Positions 37,390 to 48,807 are shown, counted from the stretch's first letter. The stretch is DNA of 64,000 nucleotides from Oligoflexia bacterium (GCA_963758495.1 CAVWVI010000002.1:64151-128150); one strand, 5' to 3'. Program-made: numbers and translations. Notes: a model not told the origin generated them from the sequence alone.

Positions 37390-38667
37390 TTAAGCACTTT
37401 TCGATTCTGGTTCGAATTCTTCCACATGATGTGCATCTAGGTAATGGCGAACCTTCTCAATTCTGCGTTCTGTTTCCGAGCTTCCTATGTCCTTTTTCAA
37501 GAGGCTAGGATAGATTGCATTATCCAGCTTTCTCAGGGCATTGACCCAATCTTGAAATCGAATACCCATCTTTTCGATGGAATGGACATCTGCTTCCCAT
37601 TGATGTGCTTTGAGTTGAGAAGAAAGATATTTAAAGGAAATAATAAAAGAGAAAAAAGCAGTCATGGGGACTAAGAAATCAAAGGCCTCAGAGTTTCCTG
37701 TGAATTTTTTTATAATTGTAATGACAGTGACTACGAGTACCATAGGCACAATCATCAATAAGACTGAGGATGCTAAACGCTTTTTAAGATGTTTAAGAAT
37801 AAGATGACTGATTTCATTAGTAACCATCGCTTCTAATTCAGAAATAGACAAACAATTAAAAACAGAACGAGAAATGAAGAGTCCGGGTCGAAACAGTCCT
37901 CGACCTTTTTCATATCCTAATATTAACACATTCATGAGTGGAATTTCTTTTAGCTCAATAATAAAGAAATCTGGGAAGTTGAGTCCTGATTTTGTAAAGA
38001 GAGTTTGAAGACGGGTTTGTAACTCAAGGTTATCCATGCGGCTGGTGGGCAGGATATTTTGGATGTACTTCGGACCTAGAGTAAAATTGAGACTGAGTCC
38101 TGTCAGAACACCTATGCATCCGCCCAATAGCATATAAGTGGTGCCAATCAGAGGAGAGGCGTGGGTGAGCTCCGCTAGGACGAACGCCGCTTTGATAGTG
38201 ATGAGAACAATGGCAATATAAAGGCTTCCTCCAAAAATGCAGGCAAGGGTTGCGCGTATTGCAGTCCTTAAAAATTCGTTCGATGTGGGTTCTGTTCCGT
38301 GCACTCTATTTTTGGCACGAGACTGAAGAAAAATCTGGATACAAATGCTCATGATTAAATTGAGAGAACATAAAATAGGGTAAGCATGCCGAACTTCAGA
38401 GGCTTGAAAGAAAAGGATAAATTGAAATAAAATGACAATCAGCCCAGCTGTGTAAATTTTTTCAACTTCAATGTTAGGGTCAAATTGAGATTTTTTAATT
38501 CGGAGTTCATTCAGGTTCTTATCAAAATACTCTACCCAGAGTGCAAATAAGACGAGTGGGATCCAGGTAAGAAGTGCTAGGGCTTTTCCAGCAGCTTCAA
38601 TACTGATGATTTCGGGTTCCATATTAAAATATCGGAAATTTTTCTGGGATGCATGAATATTATGCAT
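37390..38667 (-). CDS. M48 (HtpX/Ste24)-like membrane protein with degenerate zinc motif
   Basis: Multi-TM; ELEAMVTNEISHL (NExxH), WEAD, ALRKL, RIEK. Confidence 0.7.
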   Translation of the reverse strand: MHNIHASQKNFRYFNMEPEIISIEAAGKALALLTWIPLVLFALWVEYFDKNLNELRIKKSQFDPNIEVEKIYTAGLIVILFQFILFFQASEVRHAYPILCSLNLIMSICIQIFLQSRAKNRVHGTEPTSNEFLRTAIRATLACIFGGSLYIAIVLITIKAAFVLAELTHASPLIGTTYMLLGGCIGVLTGLSLNFTLGPKYIQNILPTSRMDNLELQTRLQTLFTKSGLNFPDFFIIELKEIPLMNVLILGYEKGRGLFRPGLFISRSVFNCLSISELEAMVTNEISHLILKHLKKRLASSVLLMIVPMVLVVTVITIIKKFTGNSEAFDFLVPMTAFFSFIISFKYLSSQLKAHQWEADVHSIEKMGIRFQDWVNALRKLDNAIYPSLLKKDIGSSETERRIEKVRHYLDAHHVEEFEPESKSA

Positions 38668-38869
38668 GAATATTATTGAGTGAAAGACTAAGTTACTCCG
38701 TGCGTTAATCTTTTTAAACTACCTCTGGGAAAGAAATATTAGATTAATTTATAGGGAGAGCGTTTGATTTTTATAAAGCCGCAGATCTTATTTTAATAGT
38801 AAAATCATCAAATTATGCTCTAGTTTTTCTAGCTTGGTTGTGACTTTTTAATTCCTGACAAAAAAAGTC

Positions 38870-38896
38870 TAAAGTAAATTCATACCTGACCGATTT
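38870..38896 (+). promoter_or_regulatory. Sigma-28 promoter of flagellin 1
   Basis: TAAA-N15-ACCGATTT. Confidence 0.65.
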
Positions 38897-39064
38897 AATA
38901 AGTGAAAGATGCGTTAAACTAGTGAATGGTTCCTAGCTTGATGCCATCTGAGCAGGGGTACAGCAAATTCCTGCTTATTTATGAATGAACAGTATCCATT
39001 TTCACTCCAGGGGAGTCGTGTCCCTTTGCGAAGTTGAGAGTGGTTTTTAGGGAGAGGTGTGTTT

Positions 39065-39898
39065 ATGGGTTTGAGAATAGCCACTAATGTGCAGTCACTT
39101 GTGTCTCAACGGCACTTAGCTACAAATACAGACATGCAAAGAAAGTCTCTGGAGCACTTAGCTTCAGGATCTAGAATCGATCGAGCATCAGACGATGCCG
39201 CTGGACTCGCGATTTCTGAAAAAATGCGAGCTCAAATTCGATCCATTCGTCAGGATGTTCGAAACGCGAATGATGGAATTTCGATGATTCAGACGGCTGA
39301 AGGCGGAATGAATGAAATCGGAAATATTCTTATCAGACTTCGTGAATTATCCATCCAAGGTTCAACTGATACTATTGGAGATGTTGAACGTGGTTTTATG
39401 GATAAAGAAGTTCAGCAACTTAAGGCAGAAGTGACTCGAATTTCTTCTTCGACGGAGTTCAACGGCAAGAAATTGCTACTTGGAGAAGGGGACGCTTTGG
39501 AACTCCAGGTTGGAACTCATAATAATCCATTGGAAGATCGATTTCAATTCGATCCAAGCAAGACCAATGCAACTTTGGATGGTCTTGGAATCGGAAGCGT
39601 GAGTACGGTAGACAGACAGTCGTCTCAAAGTAACTTAGAGGCATTGGATGAGGGGATTAAAACCCTTGTTGGGAACCGAGCGGAGTTAGGCGCGTTGCAA
39701 AATAGGCTTCAATCTACTGTGAATAATTTAGCGATCTATGATGAAAACCTATCCAATGCAAATAGCCGAATCCGAGATACGGATATGGCATTTGAAACAT
39801 CAGAATTGACGAAAAATAATATTCTGACCCAAGCTAATGTATCGGTCCTCAGTCAAGCGAATCAAAACAATATGATGGCATTAAAACTTCTCGGATAA
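39065..39898 (+). CDS. fliC: Flagellin (short form)
   Basis: LASGSRI..ASDDAAGLAISE, NANDGIS, RAELGALQNR, SRIRDTD. Confidence 0.95.
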   Translation: MGLRIATNVQSLVSQRHLATNTDMQRKSLEHLASGSRIDRASDDAAGLAISEKMRAQIRSIRQDVRNANDGISMIQTAEGGMNEIGNILIRLRELSIQGSTDTIGDVERGFMDKEVQQLKAEVTRISSSTEFNGKKLLLGEGDALELQVGTHNNPLEDRFQFDPSKTNATLDGLGIGSVSTVDRQSSQSNLEALDEGIKTLVGNRAELGALQNRLQSTVNNLAIYDENLSNANSRIRDTDMAFETSELTKNNILTQANVSVLSQANQNNMMALKLLG

Positions 39899-39920
39899 TC
39901 ATCCAGAAGCAAATCACCAG

Positions 39921-39958
39921 GCCGCGGGACTGGAAAATATGAGTCCCGCGGTCTTATT
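39921..39958 (+). terminator. Intrinsic terminator
   Basis: GCCGCGGGACT...AGTCCCGCGGT hairpin after the flagellin stop. Confidence 0.7.
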
Positions 39959-40027
39959 ATAACTCATTGTTTTTAAACGGTCTCAGGCGTTGGCACAAAC
40001 TCAATTGTTAATACTTGTATTTTTAAC

Positions 40028-40054
40028 TCAAGTAATGATGCATTGTGCCGATAG
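40028..40054 (+). promoter_or_regulatory. Sigma-28 promoter of flagellin 2
   Basis: TCAA-N15-GCCGATAG. Confidence 0.7.
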
Positions 40055-40357
40055 GTCAATTGTCAGCGAGAAGAAGGTTCTTCGTAACTGACAAATTGAA
40101 TAACGTCTGCCGACTGTATCTTGCTGTTGCACTTGGCGGTGTCAAGTTGAGCAGGTCCGGGTTGTTGACCGGGCCGACAGAGTTTAGGTATTTGCCTGAA
40201 CCTCTGACAAGATTTTATCAACACTCAGACGTTAAAACTTAAAACTCGGCGCTCATCTGATTTTTTCAGACGAGCCATAAACAAAGGATTCTTTTATTTT
40301 TAAACTGACACAGTGTGTCATTTAATAGGAGGATCCGCATGCTTAAGGGGTAACGTT

Positions 40358-41191
40358 ATGAGCTTAATTATTTCGACTAATGTATCTGCAATGAGTGTGA
40401 ATCGGCAATTGAATCAATCCACTGCAGATCAAGCTAAAAGCTATCAGCGATTGGCATCTGGACAACGAATTATAAATTCGGGGGACGATGCAGCAGGATT
40501 GTCTATTTCAGAAAACCTACGCGCTCAAATTCGATCGATGGAGCAGGCAGATAGGAATGCAAACGATGGTATTTCGTTTGCTCAAGTGGCTGAAGGGGGT
40601 TTAACAGAAATCAGCAACATCCTGGTTCGTTTGCGCGAGTTGGGTATCCAAGCTGCTTCTGATACCATTGGGGACCGTGAAAGAGGTTTTATCCAGCAAG
40701 AAGTGAAAAGTTTAAGTCAAGAAGTGGATCGTATCTCCAATGGAACCAATTTTAATGGTACTTCCTTATTGAATGGGCAAGCTCCTAAAGGGGCCTTGCA
40801 AATTCAGGTAGGTACCCATGGAACGGAGAACGATCGAATTGAGTTCAATCCACAAAATTATGATTCACGTACTTCTTCGTTGGGTATTGAAGATCTGGAT
40901 TACTCATCCATTGATGGAGCGCGGGATAGTTTAGATAAAATTGATGAAGGCTTGGCAAAAGTATTTTCTAGTAGAGCATCTTTAGGTGCAATGCAAAATA
41001 AACTTCAGGCCACGAGTCGGAATTTGAATGTCAGCAAAGAGAACCTGGCTATTGCACGTTCCCGAGTTGCGGATACAGATATTGCAGCAGAAACTTCTAA
41101 TTTAGTTCGAGGCAATATTTTACAAGCTGCTGGGATTTCTGTATTGGCCCAAGCTAATTCCGCACCTTCGCAAGCACTCAAGCTTCTTTGA
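40358..41191 (+). CDS. fliC: Flagellin (short form), second paralog
   Basis: RLASGQRI..GDDAAGL, NANDGIS, RASLGAMQN, SRVADTD. Confidence 0.95.
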   Translation: MSLIISTNVSAMSVNRQLNQSTADQAKSYQRLASGQRIINSGDDAAGLSISENLRAQIRSMEQADRNANDGISFAQVAEGGLTEISNILVRLRELGIQAASDTIGDRERGFIQQEVKSLSQEVDRISNGTNFNGTSLLNGQAPKGALQIQVGTHGTENDRIEFNPQNYDSRTSSLGIEDLDYSSIDGARDSLDKIDEGLAKVFSSRASLGAMQNKLQATSRNLNVSKENLAIARSRVADTDIAAETSNLVRGNILQAAGISVLAQANSAPSQALKLL

Positions 41192-41276
41192 GAGGCTGAG
41201 GCTTCTACAAAAAGAAGAACAGTATAAAAAAGTGTGCCCAAGTCTCATGGTCAGGATGTCTATGAGTCCTTAAGCT

Positions 41277-41312
41277 CCTCCTGGGGAAGCCGAGCCCCCA
41301 GGAGGTTTTTTT
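41277..41312 (+). terminator. Intrinsic terminator
   Basis: CCTCCTGGGG...CCCCAGGAGG followed by TTTTTTT. Confidence 0.85.
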
Positions 41313-41459
41313 ATGATTATTGGCAGAGGTCATTTTAAGCTTTTTGCCATTCAAGTATTGAGTAGGTATCAGATAGACATCATTCTTGACTTCAGGTATT
41401 AACCCAGCGAGCTGTTGGGCATTTTTTTGCGTCTCAACAGCGATTGAGGGGAAGAAAAG

Positions 41460-42398
41460 ATGCTGCTGAGACTGAGGGGGTTTTTTGGATTCTTATTGCT
41501 GAGTTTTTATTCATTCAATTCATATGCGGTTCAGGATTGCAAAAAGATCCACTTTGCAGATGTGGGTTGGACGGATATTACCGCATCTACAGCCTTAGCC
41601 TCAGTTATTTTAGAAGCGCTCGGATACGGCACAAAGACAAGCATGCTTTCATTGCCTATGACTTATGCTAGTTTAAAAAATCGTGATATCGACGTATTTC
41701 TGGGAAATTGGATGCCTACAATGGCAGCCGATATCGGACCCTATCAAGCCAATGGTTCAGTGGAGACTTTGAGTACTTTATTGAAGGGCGCAAGATATAA
41801 TCTTGCTGTTCCAAAGTATGTCGAAGAAGCTGGTGTGAGTTCTCTTTCGCAGCTTGCAAAATATAAAGAGAAATTTCATGGAAAAATTTATGGAGTAGAA
41901 CCGGGCAATGATGGAAATCGCCTGATTCAAAAAATTATTTCTGATAATGCATTTGGTTTGGGAAGTTGGACACAAGTTGAGTCAAGTGAACAAGCCATGT
42001 TAATGGAAGTTTACCGAGCATTGAAAAAGAAAGAGTGGATTATTTTTCTGGCTTGGGAGCCGCATCCCATGAATCAAAAGATCCAGCTCCACTACTTAAA
42101 CGAATCGGATCTCTATTTTGGACCCGAGCAGGGTAGTTCTACCATCTACATTAATACCCGAAAAAACTATGCAAAAGAGTGTCCGGATGTTGCCCGATTT
42201 TTGAAAAGCTTCTCCCTCACGGTAGAGATCGAAAATACGTTAATTGCGATGATTTTAGAGCAAAAGATGGAGCCAAAGGTAGCGGCCAAAAAGTGGCTCC
42301 AGGCTAATTTAAAAAAAGCAGAGCCATGGCTTTCTCAAGTGAATTCACTGGATGGACAAAAAGGGATGTCCGTATTAGAAAAAATCGAGTCGAATTAA
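41460..42398 (+). CDS. choX: Choline ABC transporter substrate-binding protein
   Basis: FADVGWTDI, DVFLGNWMP, YGVEPGNDGN, WEPHPMN. Confidence 0.85.
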   Translation: MLLRLRGFFGFLLLSFYSFNSYAVQDCKKIHFADVGWTDITASTALASVILEALGYGTKTSMLSLPMTYASLKNRDIDVFLGNWMPTMAADIGPYQANGSVETLSTLLKGARYNLAVPKYVEEAGVSSLSQLAKYKEKFHGKIYGVEPGNDGNRLIQKIISDNAFGLGSWTQVESSEQAMLMEVYRALKKKEWIIFLAWEPHPMNQKIQLHYLNESDLYFGPEQGSSTIYINTRKNYAKECPDVARFLKSFSLTVEIENTLIAMILEQKMEPKVAAKKWLQANLKKAEPWLSQVNSLDGQKGMSVLEKIESN

Positions 42399-42429
42399 CG
42401 GTAGCTATCCAGCGCAGGAGTAAAGATCA

Positions 42430-43278
42430 ATGACAAAAATTCCATTGGGAAGTTGGATTCAAGAAGGAGTTTCTTTCCTGACTGCGCGATATGAGTCTCA
42501 ATTTCGATTTTTTTCAGATAGTTTAAGCGCAACATTGACAGCGGTGATCCAATTTCTAGGGTGGTTTCCTCCGTGGGTGCTCATGGGTCTGTTTGTATTT
42601 TGTATTTTTCTGATGAAGCGAAGCTGGAAGAGTGTCGTTTTTTCTTTGCTGGGTTTTTTGCTGATTTTGAATCTGGGATATTGGCAAGAAACTCTGGAGA
42701 CTCTCTCATTGGTCGTTTTTTCCACAGTTTTTTCGGTAGGTATCGGTGTGCCACTGGGTATTCTTTGTGCGCATCAAAAGGGATTATATCGGATCGTTCA
42801 ACCCATACTGGATTTGATGCAGACGATTCCAACTTTCGTCTATTTAATTCCAACGTTAATGCTTTTTGGACTGGGTCTCGCTCCTGGTGTCATTTCTACT
42901 GTAATCTTTGCAATGCCGGCCCCGATTCGTCTTACCTATTTGGGCATACAAAGTGTGCCAAGAGCACTGCTTGAAGTGGCAGATGCTTACGGTTCTACAC
43001 CTTGGCAGCGATTGTTTCAAATCGAGATTCCCCATGCATCGCTTACAATTCGTACTGGAATTTCACAATGCGTGATGCTTTCTCTGTCTATGGTTGTGAT
43101 TGCGGCAATGGTAGGGGCAGATGGCTTAGGAAAGCCTGTAGTGCAGGCGCTCAATACAGTAAATATCGCTAAGGGATTTGATGCCGGGATTACAATAGTG
43201 ATTACGGCCATTTTTTTGGATAGGATTTTATCGGTGAGAACTTCTCGATTGAATGAAAATCATACGGTGCTCTCATGA
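42430..43278 (+). CDS. choW: Choline/betaine ABC transporter permease
   Basis: PILDLMQTIPTFVYLIP, MLSLSMVVIAAMVGA. Confidence 0.85.
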   Translation: MTKIPLGSWIQEGVSFLTARYESQFRFFSDSLSATLTAVIQFLGWFPPWVLMGLFVFCIFLMKRSWKSVVFSLLGFLLILNLGYWQETLETLSLVVFSTVFSVGIGVPLGILCAHQKGLYRIVQPILDLMQTIPTFVYLIPTLMLFGLGLAPGVISTVIFAMPAPIRLTYLGIQSVPRALLEVADAYGSTPWQRLFQIEIPHASLTIRTGISQCVMLSLSMVVIAAMVGADGLGKPVVQALNTVNIAKGFDAGITIVITAIFLDRILSVRTSRLNENHTVLS

Positions 43279-44114
43279 GTGTGTGTCTGAGTGTGAACCA
43301 AATTGATTTGGTTTTTGGAAGCAAACCCAAGATCGCTTTTCAAGCATTAGACCAAGGTAAAAAAAGAGATCAAATTCAAAAAGAGACCGGACAAATCGTT
43401 GGAGTTCATCGAGCTTCATTGAGTGTTCAAAGTGGAGAAATTTTGGTGATTATGGGACTCTCTGGTTCTGGAAAATCATCTTTACTTCGATGTTTAAATG
43501 GAATGAATGGACGTGGAGTGGGAGTGGTTCGGGGGGATGTATTTTTTTATGATTCTAAAAATAAAAATAAGATTAATATCACTCAATGTCCTCTAAAAAC
43601 TCTTAGAGAAGTGAGGCGTCATTTTATTTCTATGGTTTTTCAACAATTTGGACTTATGCCTTGGCGAACAGTTTATCGAAATGTGGCCTATCCTCTTGAA
43701 CTTCAAAAAATCTCTCAAGATGAAGTTCAAAGGAGAGTAAATGAAAAACTTGAGTTAGTAGGATTAACCAACTGGAAAGCACGATACCCCTTTGAGCTTT
43801 CTGGAGGAATGCAGCAAAGAGTCGGTCTTGCTCGTGCATTTGTGACAGATGCGCCTATTCTACTCATGGATGAGCCATTTTCCGCGCTGGATCCTCTTCA
43901 TAGAAAATATCTTCAAGATGAGGTCCTCGATCTTCAGAAAAAACTAAAAAAAACGATTGTTTTTGTAACTCATGATTTTAATGAAGCGGTAAGAATTGCT
44001 GATCGTATTGCAATTATGGACGCAGGTCAAATTCTCCAACTGAGTACTCCAGAAGAAGTGATCGCGAGTCCGGCGTGTGAGAAGGTGAGGGAGTTTGTCA
44101 ATGTCACCGCCTAG
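43275..44114 (+). CDS. choV: Choline/betaine ABC transporter ATPase
   Basis: GLSGSGKS, LSGGMQQRVGLARA, MDEPFSALDP. Confidence 0.85.
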   Translation: MSVCLSVNQIDLVFGSKPKIAFQALDQGKKRDQIQKETGQIVGVHRASLSVQSGEILVIMGLSGSGKSSLLRCLNGMNGRGVGVVRGDVFFYDSKNKNKINITQCPLKTLREVRRHFISMVFQQFGLMPWRTVYRNVAYPLELQKISQDEVQRRVNEKLELVGLTNWKARYPFELSGGMQQRVGLARAFVTDAPILLMDEPFSALDPLHRKYLQDEVLDLQKKLKKTIVFVTHDFNEAVRIADRIAIMDAGQILQLSTPEEVIASPACEKVREFVNVTA

Positions 44115-45015
44115 TAGTGCACAAGAATTACCATCTCGGACGTCGATCCTCACTGCATTAATCACAATACAGGTCCTTTTTGCTTCAAGTTATATTTTTT
44201 CTAAGATTCTCATGGAGATTTTTCCGCCTATGATTTGGGCGACCTTGAGAAGTGGCGTTACAGCGGTCCTAATGGGTTTAGTTGCATTGTTAATGAGGCG
44301 CCCACTTCCCAAGTTTTCATCAGAATTTTTATTTCCATTGTTCGCATTTTCGATTTTAGGAGGGATATTAGCTCAAGGTTTGTATTTAGCGGGACTTCAC
44401 TACACAACTTCGACGAATAGCGCGATTCTCTATACGATCGCACCGTTGGTTACCTTGGCAGTAGTGATGTATATGGGACATGAGGAAGCCAAACCTATTC
44501 GGTTTCTTGGGTTTTTATTAGCTTTTATTGGTGTATTAGTTCTCAGCCATGTAGAGCGGTATTCATTTTCTAATCAAGCATTTTTTGGGGATTTTTTGAC
44601 CTTGATCAGCTGCTCAGGGTATGGATTGTTTATTGCGCTATCGAAACGATTTTTTCAGAAATACGATCGATTGTGGATTACCGTGGGTATGTTTGCGATT
44701 TCTACTTTTGGTTTTTTACTCTTATCAAGATCTGATTGGTCCCATTTCTCTTGGCCTCCAATGACGGCATCATTATTCTCTATGATGGTTTTTGCGATAG
44801 TGGGATCTACGTGGATGTGTCATTTTTTGGTGGTATGGGCCATAGCTCATGCCCCTTCGTCGCGTGTTGCTCTTTTTGATTATTTACAGCCTATTTTAGT
44901 GAGTGCTTTTGGATGGTTTATTTTTGGGGAGCAGTTAAGTTCGAGGACTTTAGTGGCTTCTTTGATTATCTTCATTGGAGTGGCACTCACTATTGAATGG
45001 AAAATAATAAAATAA
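44101..45015 (+). CDS. EamA/DMT family transporter
   Basis: 10 TM helices with EamA repeats, inside the choline operon. Confidence 0.8.
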   Translation: MSPPSSAQELPSRTSILTALITIQVLFASSYIFSKILMEIFPPMIWATLRSGVTAVLMGLVALLMRRPLPKFSSEFLFPLFAFSILGGILAQGLYLAGLHYTTSTNSAILYTIAPLVTLAVVMYMGHEEAKPIRFLGFLLAFIGVLVLSHVERYSFSNQAFFGDFLTLISCSGYGLFIALSKRFFQKYDRLWITVGMFAISTFGFLLLSRSDWSHFSWPPMTASLFSMMVFAIVGSTWMCHFLVVWAIAHAPSSRVALFDYLQPILVSAFGWFIFGEQLSSRTLVASLIIFIGVALTIEWKIIK

Positions 45016-45027
45016 GGAAATCGTTCT

Positions 45028-46503
45028 ATGTTTGAAGTGTCATTGCAAAAGCTTTATATGGATGGGTCTTTAGTGGATTCATCGTCTGAAGAGGTTTTCT
45101 CAAATTTTTCTCCATCTACTGGGAAAAAAATAGGCGAGGTACAGATTGCAAGCTCTTCTGATGTAGAGCGTGCGGTAGTGTCGAGTGAAAGAGGTTTTGA
45201 AAAATGGTCATCTTTGAGTACTGCTCAGAGATGCCGTATTCTCATGAATGCAGCTCGCATCATGAGGGAACGTACGGAGCTTCTCGCGCAACTCGAGGTT
45301 TTAGATACGGGAAAACCTATTTCAGAAGCGCTTTCAGTCGATATTCCAAGTAGTGCAGATGCCCTTGCCTATTTTGCTGGAATTGCACAGAGTCTTCACG
45401 GTCATCATTATGACTTAGGATCATCCTTTGCCTACACACGGAGAGAGCCTTTAGGAGTATGTGCGGGAGTGGGTGCATGGAACTACCCCCTTCAAATTGC
45501 GTGTTGGAAATCTGCTCCGGCACTTGCATGTGGAAATTCAATGATTTTTAAGCCCTCAGAACTTTCCCCACTGACAGCCATGAAGTTAGCCGAAATTTAT
45601 TCAGAGGCGGGAGTACCAGATGGAGTTTTTAATGTCATTCACGGCTCTGGGAGTGTGGGCAAGGAATTGGCAGAGCATCCCCGGATCAGAAAGATTTCAC
45701 TGACGGGCTCTGTGCCCACGGGGAAGAAAGTGATGATCGCTGCCGCTGAATCATTAAAGCACGTGACTTTAGAGTTAGGAGGAAAATCTCCTCTCATTAT
45801 TTTTGCGGATAGCCACCTCGACCATTCAGTTTCGGCGGCATTACTGGCTAACTTCTATACGCAGGGTGAAATTTGTTCCAATGGAACGAGGGTTTTTATA
45901 GAGGAATCGATCTATGAGGCCTTCATGGATAAACTCATTCCACGCGTCAATCAAATTAAGGTGGGTGATCCATTTGATCCGCATACTCAAATGGGAGCGT
46001 TGATTAGCCGGCAACACTTGGAAAGAGTTATAAAGTACATAGAAAATGCTAAAAAAGAAGGCGCAACTCTTGTTTGTGGAGGTACCCAACCTCAATGGGA
46101 TTCAAGTCAAACTGAATTAACTGGTGGTCATTTTATTCGTCCAACAGTTTTCGTAAATTGTCATGATGAAATGACCCATGTCCGTGAGGAAATCTTTGGC
46201 CCTGTGATGTCGGTTTTGACCTTTAAAAGCGAGAAAGAAGTCGTATCAAGAGCGAATCAGACTCCTTATGGACTTGCTGCCGGAGTATTTACCCAGGACA
46301 ATCAACGAGCACATCGCGTAATTGCTAACCTTCATGCCGGCACATGCTGGATCAACAACTATAATGTGACTCCCGTGGGAGTTCCTTTTGGTGGATATAA
46401 ACAATCTGGATTAGGGCGGGAAAATGGTTTGGCTACGCTCGATCATTACACACAGATTAAGAGTGTTTATGTTGAAATGGGAGATGTGGAGTCTCCTTTC
46501 TAA
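45028..46503 (+). CDS. betB: Betaine aldehyde dehydrogenase
   Basis: [43 protein letters not shown]. Confidence 0.92.
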   Translation: MFEVSLQKLYMDGSLVDSSSEEVFSNFSPSTGKKIGEVQIASSSDVERAVVSSERGFEKWSSLSTAQRCRILMNAARIMRERTELLAQLEVLDTGKPISEALSVDIPSSADALAYFAGIAQSLHGHHYDLGSSFAYTRREPLGVCAGVGAWNYPLQIACWKSAPALACGNSMIFKPSELSPLTAMKLAEIYSEAGVPDGVFNVIHGSGSVGKELAEHPRIRKISLTGSVPTGKKVMIAAAESLKHVTLELGGKSPLIIFADSHLDHSVSAALLANFYTQGEICSNGTRVFIEESIYEAFMDKLIPRVNQIKVGDPFDPHTQMGALISRQHLERVIKYIENAKKEGATLVCGGTQPQWDSSQTELTGGHFIRPTVFVNCHDEMTHVREEIFGPVMSVLTFKSEKEVVSRANQTPYGLAAGVFTQDNQRAHRVIANLHAGTCWINNYNVTPVGVPFGGYKQSGLGRENGLATLDHYTQIKSVYVEMGDVESPF

Positions 46504-46538
46504 GATCGTTCGTGAGTTTAAACAGGAAGGATACTGCT

Positions 46539-48233
46539 ATGGCCAAGAAACAATATGATTTTATCATCGTCGGCGGAGGATCTGCTGGGTGCGTTTTGGC
46601 AAATCGGCTGAGTACAAATCCATCTCAAAGTGTTTTAATGCTGGAGGCTGGTAGACCAGATTATATTTGGGATATCTTTATTCATATGCCTGCCGGTTTG
46701 ATGTATCCACTGGGGAATAAACTCTACGATTGGTGCTATCATTCAGAGCCAGAGCCGTTTATGAACGGCAGACGTATTTTTCATGGACGTGGCAAAGTAT
46801 TGGGCGGCTCTAGTTCCATCAATGGCATGATCTATATTCGGGGTAACCCATTAGATTATCAGAAGTGGGCCAGTGATCCAGGAATGGAGCACTGGGATTA
46901 TTCACATTGCTTACCGTATTTTAATCGTGCAGAAACTCGAACTATGGGTGCTGATCCCTATCATGGTTTTAGCGGACCATTGAATCTCGAAACGGGTCCA
47001 TGCGAGAATCCGTTATTCAAAGCTTTTTTCAAGGCAGTTCAAGAGGCCGGGTATCCTCTTACCGATGATGTGAACGGATATCGACAAGAAGGTTTTGGTA
47101 AGTTTGATCGTAATATCAATCGAGGTCGTCGGCTTTCTGCTGCTCGTGCCTACTTTCATCCAATCAAACGATCTCGATCGAACTTGAAATTGGAGTGTCG
47201 TGCACTGACTACGAAGATTCTCTTTGAAGGGAATCGTGCAGTGGGGGTCGAGTACCAAAAATACGGAAAGTTGCATCGAGTCTATGCAGGTGAGGTTATT
47301 TGTTGTGGTGGAGCGATAAATTCACCACAACTTCTTCAACTCTCAGGTGTAGGAAATGCGACGGAACTCCGTGCTCTCGGTATTCAAGTGGTTCAGGACC
47401 TTCCGGGTGTGGGTGAGAACCTTCAGGATCATCTCGAAGTCTATATTCAATATACTTCTAAATTACCGGTGAGTTTATATCCAGCCCTTCAATGGTGGAA
47501 TAAGCCATGGATCGGCTATCAATGGTTATTTCATCGAAAAGGACCTGCAGCTTCAAACCACTTTGAGGCGGGTGGATTCATTCGGAGTAATCACGATGTT
47601 CAATATCCAAATTTACAGTTCCATTTCTTACCTCTTGCTGTTCGTTATGACGGATCGTCGCCTGCAGGTGGGCATGGATATCAGGTGCATGTGGGACCTA
47701 TGAATTCGGATGCACGAGGCCATGTGAAAATTCGATCCACTGATCCTCGTACCTATCCGAGTCTTCGCTTTAATTATCTTTCTACTGCTCAGGACAGGCG
47801 CGAGTGGGTAGAGGCAGTTCGTTGTGCTCGCAATATCTTAAATCAATCGGGAATGGATGAGTTTAACGGTGGAGAGCTTTCACCGGGTCCATCCGTTCAA
47901 ACGGACGAACAGATTCTGAATTGGGTGGCATCAGAGGGTGAAACAGCATTGCATCCCTCTTGTACCTGTAAGATGGGAGAGGATGCAAAGTCCGTAGTGG
48001 ACCCAAAAAGCATGGAGGTTCACGGTTTAAAAAATCTTCGCGTCGTGGACGCATCTGTGATGCCTTATGTGACGAATGGGAACCTCTATGCCCCGGTGAT
48101 GATGATCGCTGAAAAAGCTTCAGACGCAATTTTGGGCAATACAGCATTAGCCCCGGCGAATCTTGAGTTTTATCAAAAAAGCATACCTGATGCAGTCAGC
48201 CAGCCGATGGGGATTTCATTCGATGCGGTCTGA
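46539..48233 (+). CDS. betA: Choline dehydrogenase
   Basis: [42 protein letters not shown]. Confidence 0.92.
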   Translation: MAKKQYDFIIVGGGSAGCVLANRLSTNPSQSVLMLEAGRPDYIWDIFIHMPAGLMYPLGNKLYDWCYHSEPEPFMNGRRIFHGRGKVLGGSSSINGMIYIRGNPLDYQKWASDPGMEHWDYSHCLPYFNRAETRTMGADPYHGFSGPLNLETGPCENPLFKAFFKAVQEAGYPLTDDVNGYRQEGFGKFDRNINRGRRLSAARAYFHPIKRSRSNLKLECRALTTKILFEGNRAVGVEYQKYGKLHRVYAGEVICCGGAINSPQLLQLSGVGNATELRALGIQVVQDLPGVGENLQDHLEVYIQYTSKLPVSLYPALQWWNKPWIGYQWLFHRKGPAASNHFEAGGFIRSNHDVQYPNLQFHFLPLAVRYDGSSPAGGHGYQVHVGPMNSDARGHVKIRSTDPRTYPSLRFNYLSTAQDRREWVEAVRCARNILNQSGMDEFNGGELSPGPSVQTDEQILNWVASEGETALHPSCTCKMGEDAKSVVDPKSMEVHGLKNLRVVDASVMPYVTNGNLYAPVMMIAEKASDAILGNTALAPANLEFYQKSIPDAVSQPMGISFDAV

Positions 48234-48237
48234 GTTC

Positions 48238-48807
48238 ATGACTGATAACAAGAAACGGTGTGAGTGGTGCTTATCTGATCCTGCCTACATCAAATACCAC
48301 GATTTGGAATGGGGGGTCCCTATTCACGATGATAAGAGGCTATTTGAATTTCTGATCCTCGAAGGCGCTCAAGCCGGGCTCAGTTGGCTCACGGTTTTGA
48401 AACGACGTGAAGGCTACCGAAAAGCCTTCTGTGACTTCAAAGTGGAAAAAATTGCTAGGCTAGGGGAGAGAGATGTTCAACGGTTAATGAAAGATCCAAG
48501 CATTATTCGAAACCAATTGAAGATTAGAAGTGCCATCGCTAATGCTCTGGCATTCATAGAAGTTCAAGAAGAGTTCGGTTCGTTCGACAGTTATAGCTGG
48601 CAATTCGTGGGTGGAAAACCCATCATCAATCAACGTCGAAACCTGGGGGCCATCCCTGCTACAACGAAAGAGTCAGATGCTTTCAGTAAAGATCTCAAGG
48701 CCCGTGGCTTCAAGTTTGTGGGTTCAACTATCATTTACGCCCACATGCAAGCGGTTGGAATGGTGAATGATCATCTTGTGACCTGCTTTCGACATCGAGA
48801 GATTTGA
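48238..48807 (+). CDS. tag: DNA-3-methyladenine glycosylase I
   Basis: RCEW..YHDLEWG, LEGAQAGLSW, IIRN, FKFVG, NDHLVTC. Confidence 0.92.
   Translation: MTDNKKRCEWCLSDPAYIKYHDLEWGVPIHDDKRLFEFLILEGAQAGLSWLTVLKRREGYRKAFCDFKVEKIARLGERDVQRLMKDPSIIRNQLKIRSAIANALAFIEVQEEFGSFDSYSWQFVGGKPIINQRRNLGAIPATTKESDAFSKDLKARGFKFVGSTIIYAHMQAVGMVNDHLVTCFRHREI

Noticed and set aside
37100..37393. 97-aa plus-strand ORF
   Set aside because: No recognisable motif or RBS; cannot be supported as a gene
39990..40010. Sigma-54 promoter (TGGCAC)
   Set aside because: No correctly spaced TTGC -12 element; a good sigma-28 site lies just downstream
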